DNA of 63,808 nt, the filler included, from Octopus bimaculoides (taxonomy: Eukaryota), in assembly GCF_001194135.2 (NCBI RefSeq). It is 4 parts of 3 records of this genome, joined end to end, with 100 filler letters (N's around TTAATTAATTAA, not from the genome) between each part and the next. Parts side by side here need not be neighbours in the genome. Positions count along the whole stretch, not along the records: positions 53,272 to 63,808 come from NC_068985.1; 3 more parts are not named here. One strand, written 5' to 3'. The position numbers were made by a program, and so were the translations under genes. Under the pieces are notes generated by a model. It saw nothing but the letters and a program-made list of their open reading frames with translations. It was not told where the DNA came from and did no database searches. Below are positions 56,350-63,808 of the stretch, piece by piece (position 1 is the stretch's first letter; each line of letters opens with the position of its first letter).

Positions 56350-58514
56350 AATCCACAAACAAATGAAGGAGCTTCTGTGTGGTCATTTAACCTACTTGAA
56401 ATAATAGTCAAGTCTTCCTATCTTTGAAAAGGAAGAATATTTTGGATAATGTAGTGTTAGTATATAGTGTCTGAATAAAAGATAATATAGTCACAGACAA
56501 CTAAAACATCTTGACTGTTGGTCCGTTTGATGGGAGCACACTTAAGGCTAAGCAACAACTACCACCATTATTAACGCCACTACCATTTTACTATAGATCA
56601 ACTTGGAATAGTTGTATCCACTTCCTGAATTCTCTCAGTTTTGTTGTTGATATTGAAGAACTCTGGATCATATCTGATACTGTCTATCACATATTTGGAT
56701 ATCTCCATGCCACTCACAACAATATCCCAGCTGGATTCCAAGTACTTTCATTGGTAACTAATTTCATTTATGCATTGCAAATGCCAACATTGGCATATAC
56801 TTCCTCTCTTCATAGACTTCCATTTATTTAACAGGGAACAAGATAGAATTTATTATATATTCATATATACATGTAAGTCATATCTGATACTTACAACTGA
56901 TCACATATGATATTTAAATATGCATTAATTGTATACACGAAGTCTTAGTTTTAAGTGTACAAGCATTCTAACTTTAATAATAACAGATTTATGTCCGAAA
57001 ATATTAAATTTAAGCAAAATAGACTTTTAAATAAATATCTCACAAAACTTTATCAAGTTACACTTAGAGAGATAAAATTTTATTTCTGGCTTAGTCATAA
57101 AGAAGACTGACGCATAAATCTATACTTATATGTACTCTATAAATGTAATCCCTCCTTGTCCTGGTTAACAGGCTGAATACCCAAGGCCATAACTTATTTT
57201 CTACATATAACTAAATCAAACTTAAGGAGGAATATAGATTGGATTTCATTTACATCAATTTAAAGTTGAATGTGCTACAAGCTTGAAACTGTAAAAACAG
57301 CTTCTCAGTTTAAAAGACAAAATATCAAAATTATATTTGGATAAATATTAGATTTAACTTTGGAGATGAAACCTCATCTATACAAAAATAAACAGACAAC
57401 AATTTGCATATATTGCTTGCTGAAGTTTTTTAAAAGATGTGAAGAGGATGCGTGTTTTTGTTGAGCTGGCCCAGTGACTCAGATTTAATTTTTAAATGTC
57501 ATTTCAATTATATTACTTTTTGAGACACAATTTAGTGTAACACAGCCTCATTTTCTGGCTTCTTATAAATCTGATGTCTCTATATGATTTGAATATGAAT
57601 ATGTGTTGTCTGATAGTCATGGTATTTTCAATGTAAGAATACAATCATATACATATAGGTATACAATTATGTTAATTGAATCTCTAGCTATTATTAAGTA
57701 ACCAGCTCATAGCATCAGCTAGTTATTATTTCATCAGCTACTGTCATATAGCCATTTCTTAAAAGAGAAAGAAACAAAGGCCATTTGATAGCTTTTGCCT
57801 TAGAGAATAAGCTCAACATTTTCATTCATATAACCATTTCCTCAATACTTAACACCATATGTCAATTACTTCTGTATTTACTCCTACACAATTCCATCTG
57901 ACCTATGTAAGCATGGAAAAGTGGACATTAAACTGATGAAGATGATGAAAAGTCGTTTCTTCAGTAGTTGTCAATGGATATAGCTTACTCTTAATGACAT
58001 TTGGTTATTTATTACTGAATTATTGTGTAGTATTTTACACCAAGGAACAGAACCCAGAAATAATAATTTATTGTCAATCAAATCAATTATAGGATTTTAC
58101 TGGTACTTGTCAAACCAATGTGGAAGCCTTTATATATTTACTTGACATGCTGGCAGCTAAATTTCCTTCCTATCTTGAAACATGAAGCACAAATTGGTAA
58201 TGTAGTACTAGATATACAATAAAGATGGAATAGTCACATGTCAAATACATTGGATCATAGGTCTGCTCAATCAGAGTTGACCTAGGGCTAAAAATAACTG
58301 GTACTTATTACTGTATGTATTTTATTGACTCAAGAGGGATAGAAATTTTTATGCTCACCCCAGAAGTACTCTCAGAGCATAAAGGAATAACACTAAAAAC
58401 TGTAATGTATTTAATTCAATGCTCAACATTATTAGCACTTTCACTACCTTCAGCCTACTAAGATTGACTGACAAAAGAACCTCTATACTGTTGCTCACCC
58501 TAACAGTATAGAAA

Positions 58515-59408
58515 GAGAAAAAAATGTACAGTCAATTTGCAAGAGATGTGAATGCCAAGACAGATATAGAAGACTGGTAGTTATGGATGAGGAGGAGTGA
58601 CCTGAAGATAGAGACAGAAGCACTCATATGTGCAGCTCAAGAACAAGCATTAAGGAGCAACTATGTGAAGTGCAGAATAGACAACACGTCTGACCACAAC
58701 AAGTGCAGAATGTGTGGTGAGAGGGATGAAACGGTATGGCATATCGTTAAGAAATACCTGAAATTGACACAAATTGGCACAAATTGGCACAAAAGACATG
58801 ACAATGTGGCAAGAATGATCCATTGGGAGCTCTGTGGAAATCATGGCCTACAAAGAGCAAAGATGTGGTATGAAAAAACCCCAGAAAGAGTCACTGAGAA
58901 TGAAAATTGCAAAATCTTGCAGGATGCGATGATTCATTGTGATCACCAGACCAGACATCAGAAATTGGACATTGTTGTGGTGAATAAAAATGAAAGAACA
59001 ATCATGATAATTGACATAGCATGCTCCGATGACAACAAGATCAGAAAGAAAGAAGAAAAAATAAACAACTACGACGATTTGAAATGGGAAGTATGAAGGT
59101 TGTGGTCAATGAGGAGAGTAGACATGATACGAATAGTAATTGGTGCTCCTGGAAGTATCAGAACTCAACTACCAGCATGGCTGAAAATGATTGGTGCAAG
59201 TGTGAAGGTAGAACACCTACAAAAATCAGCATTACTTGGAACTGCAAGAATTCTTCGCAGGGTTCTTGAAGCATGACCAGTAAACAAGGGTCACCTTAGT
59301 TTGCTGGCTGTGGACAGCTGACACTTTCCATCATACCCACCAAAATAAGCTGCAAATTTTCATCACATAATAACAGTAACAACAACAACAACAACAATGA
59401 TAATAATG
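58515..59408 (+). mobile_element. 3' part of an R4/Dong-like element (zinc knuckle, REL endonuclease, 3' UTR, (AAC/AAT)n tail), degenerate
   Basis: ETEALICAAQEQAL, CRMCGERDETVWHIV, KRHDNVARMIHWELC, KLDIVVVNK...IIDIA, then an internal stop at 59094-59096, then IVIGAPG...QKSALLGTARILRRVLEA* (59274-59276) and a repeat tail. Confidence 0.9.
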
Positions 59409-59409
59409 A

Positions 59410-60900
59410 TTTTTTAATTTTTTTTATTTTTCGAACTAACACAGACAGAGTGAACAATTCATAAGTTTAAAAACACCACAGAAAACTATGCCTGGAGATA
59501 AATCTATCAACAAAAAAATACAAACAAATACAGATCTGCTAGCCTTAAGAAGCTACGTTATGAGCAATGTTTGCATGCAGAGAACTTGGAGATGGTGTTA
59601 TCTCGAAAAATTAACCCTAAACAGACAGATCTGTCCCCTAATGTCAACATCGAAGCTCATCATGCCTCAATGATAACAAAACAAAATACAAACTGGATTA
59701 GTCATCGACTGGATCACAAAGGGCCACGTACTTGATACAGATCTGTTAGCCTTAAGAAGCTACGTTATGAGCAATGTTTACATGCAGAGAACTCGGAGAT
59801 GGTGTTGTCTCAAAAAATTAACTCTAAACAGACAGATCCATCCCCTAATGTCAATGTCGAAGCTCGTCATGCCTCAACAAAGCAAAATACAAAGCGGATT
59901 GGTCGTCGACCGGATCACAAAGGGCCACGTACTCGAATGACGAACCAGATCGATACGAAAAGTCAGCTACTGGTTCAAATCTTCCCGAAACACAGGAGCT
60001 GGAAGTACCCAACAACCGGAATATTCCAACAGATGGCCATCCATACTTGTCATCAACTAACCAAAAGAAAAAGAATGAAAAATGGTCTAGGGGAGATAAT
60101 GCCATATATTTCCCCACAAATAAATCTAATACTGTACAAACCTACTTAAACTGAAGACAGAAACACCTTGAAGTAAGACCCTACATAGACAGTAACAAAC
60201 TTGCCAATGTCAGAAGAAACATTATGAAAAGAAATTACTAACTGAAGTAGAGATTGACCAAATTAAACAAGCAGTAGGGGATAAAAGGAACGAAGCTGCA
60301 GCTAAAGAAGATACTACAGAGGAAATAATTATAGACCAGCCCAGGACTGATGAAAATGCAGTAATGATTGAAAGAGTTAATGTAACTGATAGGCAAAGTG
60401 AAATACTCTCTGAACCAACTATAAACACTAAGGCNNNNNNNNNNNNNNNNNNNNNNNNNNNNNNNNNNNNNNNNNNNNNNNNNNNNNNGACATAGAATGT
60501 TTAAAAAACCTTAAGTATGACAAGACTACCAAACCTACAAAAACCTGAAAATTAAAGAAACCAGTATGAATGAATGCGACACTCTCCCAAAAATTTGCAA
60601 TTCTAACCAAAACCTGAAAATAATTGGTAAAATCTGCCTTGCACTTCAGGATATAATTTCAGCTAATGATGTTGATATTACAGATCTCAACCACCTGTAC
60701 TATGCATCCGTGAAAATCTCAACGATTCTATGTTGTGAAAAGATTAGAAAACGACAACATTCCCACAAAAAGCCTTCTTGGCAAGAGCGTATTCAACACC
60801 AAATTCAGCTATTTAGGTCTGACATAGAATGTTTAAAAAACCTTAAGTATGACAAGACTACCAAACCTACAAAAACCTGAAAATTAAAGAAAAAATATAT
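59410..60900 (+). mobile_element. 5' region / N-terminal ORF of an R4/Dong-like element, 3'-truncated and rearranged
   Basis: Broken-frame peptides KWSRGDN, KLANVRRNIMKR-LLTEVEIDQIK, DITDLNHLYYAS and PSWQERIQHQIQLFRSDIECLKNLK resemble, from memory, the pre-RT region of Dong/R4-like ORFs. No RT follows. Confidence 0.6.
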
Positions 60901-61385
60901 GAAAACCATATTTGACATTGATACCACCATAATAATAATAGTTCTTTACATACTGGTGGCATGTAAAGGACACGTTTTGAGTGCTGAGCCTCACATAGGA
61001 ATAGTGGTTGAATTCCTTAAGAGTGTTGGGCCTCACAGAGGTGAAGTGGTTGAGTTCCTTTCAAGTGTTGGGCCTCATGGAAGCAATGATCGAGACCTTT
61101 GGCATTATGTCATGCTCGAGAAGAAGATCCATTGAGCCAAGCAAAATCGCAGTCATAGCAGATACCAGTGTCATGCAAATTGGCACCCATGTCAGTGGTA
61201 TGCAAATGGCACCTGTGCTGGTGGCACATAAAAGCACCCATTATACTCTTGGAGTGGTTGGTGTTAGGAAGAGCATCCAGCCATAGAAAACCATGCCAAA
61301 TCAGATTGGAGTCTAGTGCAGCCTTCCAGTGTGCCAGTCCAGTCAAACCATCCAACCCATGCCAGCATGGACAAAGGACTTTAAA

Positions 61386-61462
<77 letters not shown>

Positions 61463-62279
61463 CCTTTCTACTGAAGGCACAAGGCCTTGGAATTTTGGAG
61501 GAGGGGACTAGTCGATTACATCGACCCCCAGTGTTTCACTGGTACTTAATTTATCAACCCTGAAAGGATGAAAGGCAAAGTTGACCTCAGTGGAATTGAA
61601 CTCAGAGTGTAGAGGCAGACGAAATACTGTTAAGCATTTCGCCCAGCGTGCTAACAATTCTGCCAGCTTCTCACCTTTTATAAAGATTGATGCACTCTTC
61701 ACAAAAGTAAATAGACCAATAAGAAGTAAGCAATGCAATTTGTAATAGATTGATTTTATTTAACAGTTTGAGCAATATTTCAAATGGACACAGGTATGGC
61801 ATCAGACATAATAGCAGTAGTTCAACAGAATTTTCTGAACATTTTACTTCAAATGGCTGTAATTTTGAGGAACACCTGAAAGTGTACAACCCCAGAAAAT
61901 ATTCTGAATCTACTATACTTTGAGTTCTCAAAATGCATGAGGACAAATATATTTGTGAATTACTAACATCATGACCTGAAGGGATGAATAAAATGACAGG
62001 TGAATTTCGTCACATTTACACAAAACTGTTTGACTAAATATTCTTTTTCTTTTTATCTTTTTTCTTTCTTTTCCCTTTTACCAGTTACAAAATTGAAAAT
62101 CAACGAGTCATTCTATCAAAATGGGAACACTGGATTTCCTTGTTTACATTTTGAATTTCTGTATTTCTGTGGTTGTTTTCATTTTACATTTTGAATCTGA
62201 AGAAGACAAATGATACAATAATAATAATAATAATAGTCACTTTGATGGCATGCGCTGCTCTCTCACTCATAATAATAAT

Positions 62280-62319
<40 letters not shown>

Positions 62320-62566
62320 GAAATTAGAATTGACACGAGGGCAGAACATGCCTCCAAAACTGCTCTACTGGGGACAGTTAGGATTTTGAGATTGGTACTT
62401 GGGTGTTGAGTATCTTCTACAATACTTAACTTCCAAGTACCAAGTCTAATCATTTGCGGAAAGAGGACCTATGAAACCTCTGACAACAGGCTGCTGTCTG
62501 CTCTCACAGAATCAACATGAGCAAGTAAGTCTGAGAAGTAAAATGTAATAATAGTAATAATAATGA
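62320..62566 (+). mobile_element. Extremely 5'-truncated R4/Dong-like 3' end within an (AAT)/(AAC) microsatellite
   Basis: SKTALLGTVRILRLVLGC* matches the terminal motif of the two other REL copies. It starts directly after (ACA)n and ends in an aataatagtaataataat tail. Confidence 0.65.
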
Positions 62567-63357
62567 TGAAGAACATGTTAAATAATGCAATCTTAAATAG
62601 ACTGCCAGAATAACAGATGGAACGGTTACTGCTGAAATATTTTTCATTATAGATCTGTTCAATCAGGGCTGACCCGGAGCTAAATATCAACAATAACAAC
62701 ATACAAGATTGAATTTCATATTGCAAAATCTTAGTATTTACTTACTTCTTTATTGTATTGATTGTATAATTATATATTTTAAAAGTTGCATGGCATTATA
62801 CACAACTTGTACATATTACTCTATGACATTGATTGAAGTGAAATGTTATGGACTGTGTTAGGAACTAGTCAACACTATTTATTTATTTATTTTCTTTACA
62901 GCCAAAGAGACACATCTAAAATAGGAATAGGCAACAAATTGATGCGATTCTGATAGTTCAGTCTGTAACTTTTGAAAATCAAATAAAACATAAAAGAGAA
63001 ACAAAACAGTATAATTGCTTACATGGAAAGGAAAAGTTCTTCCAATTTTACTATTAGAAGAAAATGCAATAAAATTGGTTGCAGTAGACTAAAATTTCTA
63101 GAGCTAATTTTTGTTTAGAATATCTCATCTTCACTCCTCTCTATTACTCTTTCTTATTCCCTCCCTCTCTCCCCCTCTCTTTCCCTCAGTCAGTTACTCT
63201 CCCTTTCCTTATCAATCACACTGAGAAAGAGAGAGAGAAAGAGAGAGTAAGGTTATATATATATCCACTTTGTCTCTTTCTCCTTATGTATATATAAAGT
63301 TGTTTGTAATGGAGTATATACATATCTGCATATGTACACACACACACACACACACAG

Positions 63358-63427
<70 letters not shown>

Positions 63428-63605
63428 ACAGAGGAAAGGAAACTATATGGTAGGGTGTATACTGGGCTACATACATAGACATATCAAGAGACAAGGGACA
63501 GATGGAGGGTGAGAGGGAGAGTGAGAGAAAGGGAGAGAGAAGAAGAAAGAAAGAAAAAGCATTAAGGAAGAGAGGGTTGATACAATGAATATAATAATAA
63601 TATAC

Positions 63606-63808
63606 ATCATCATCATCATCATCGTTTAACGTCCGCTTTCCATGCTAGCATGGGTTGGACGATTTGACTGAGGACTGGTGAAACCGGATGGCAACACCAG
63701 GCTCCAGTCTGATTTGGAAGAGTTTCTACAGCTGGATGCCCTTCCTAACGCCAACCACTCAGAGAGTGTAGTGGGTGCTTTTACGTGTCACCCGCACAAG
63801 CCAGTCCA
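63606..63808 (-). mobile_element. Family C retroposon 3' end, running off the window edge
   Basis: (CAT)n-cgtttaacgtccgctttccatgctagcatgggttgga... is the reverse complement of the 38095-38344 copy. Confidence 0.85.

Noticed and set aside
56500-56830. Possible piggyBac-like relic on the minus strand
   Set aside because: Only vague motif resemblance with many stops, so it is not supportable by eye.

Overview
AT-rich, microsatellite-dense eukaryotic draft scaffold with many N gaps. The SINE and microsatellite style suggests a cephalopod (octopus-like) genome, but this is inference and was not verified by search. There are no prokaryotic features (no operon, rRNA or CRISPR array). The only host-gene fragment I can support is a 1.6-kb minus-strand first coding exon (47756->46139). 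Its motif order (SAFSKP, two eh1-like FSVxxI motifs, PWL, phase-1 GTAAGT donor) matches Msx-family homeobox genes. It is much longer than vertebrate Msx exon 1 because of in-frame trinucleotide tracts, and I found no homeobox exon in the readable sequence. The rest is transposon debris: a CR1/L2-like RT fragment, four R4/Dong-like pieces, an RTE fragment, a Ty3/Gypsy LTR-gag-protease relic with a nested SINE, and at least four SINE families. The most unusual object is a 340-bp element with inverted termini that joins a tRNA-derived head to a minimal Penelope-type hammerhead ribozyme (17805-18144). CpG content switches between CpG-retaining and CpG-depleted blocks at or near three artificial 100-bp N44-TTAATTAATTAA-N44 linkers, so contiguity across those linkers is doubtful. 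Repeat boundaries are approximate (read by eye).
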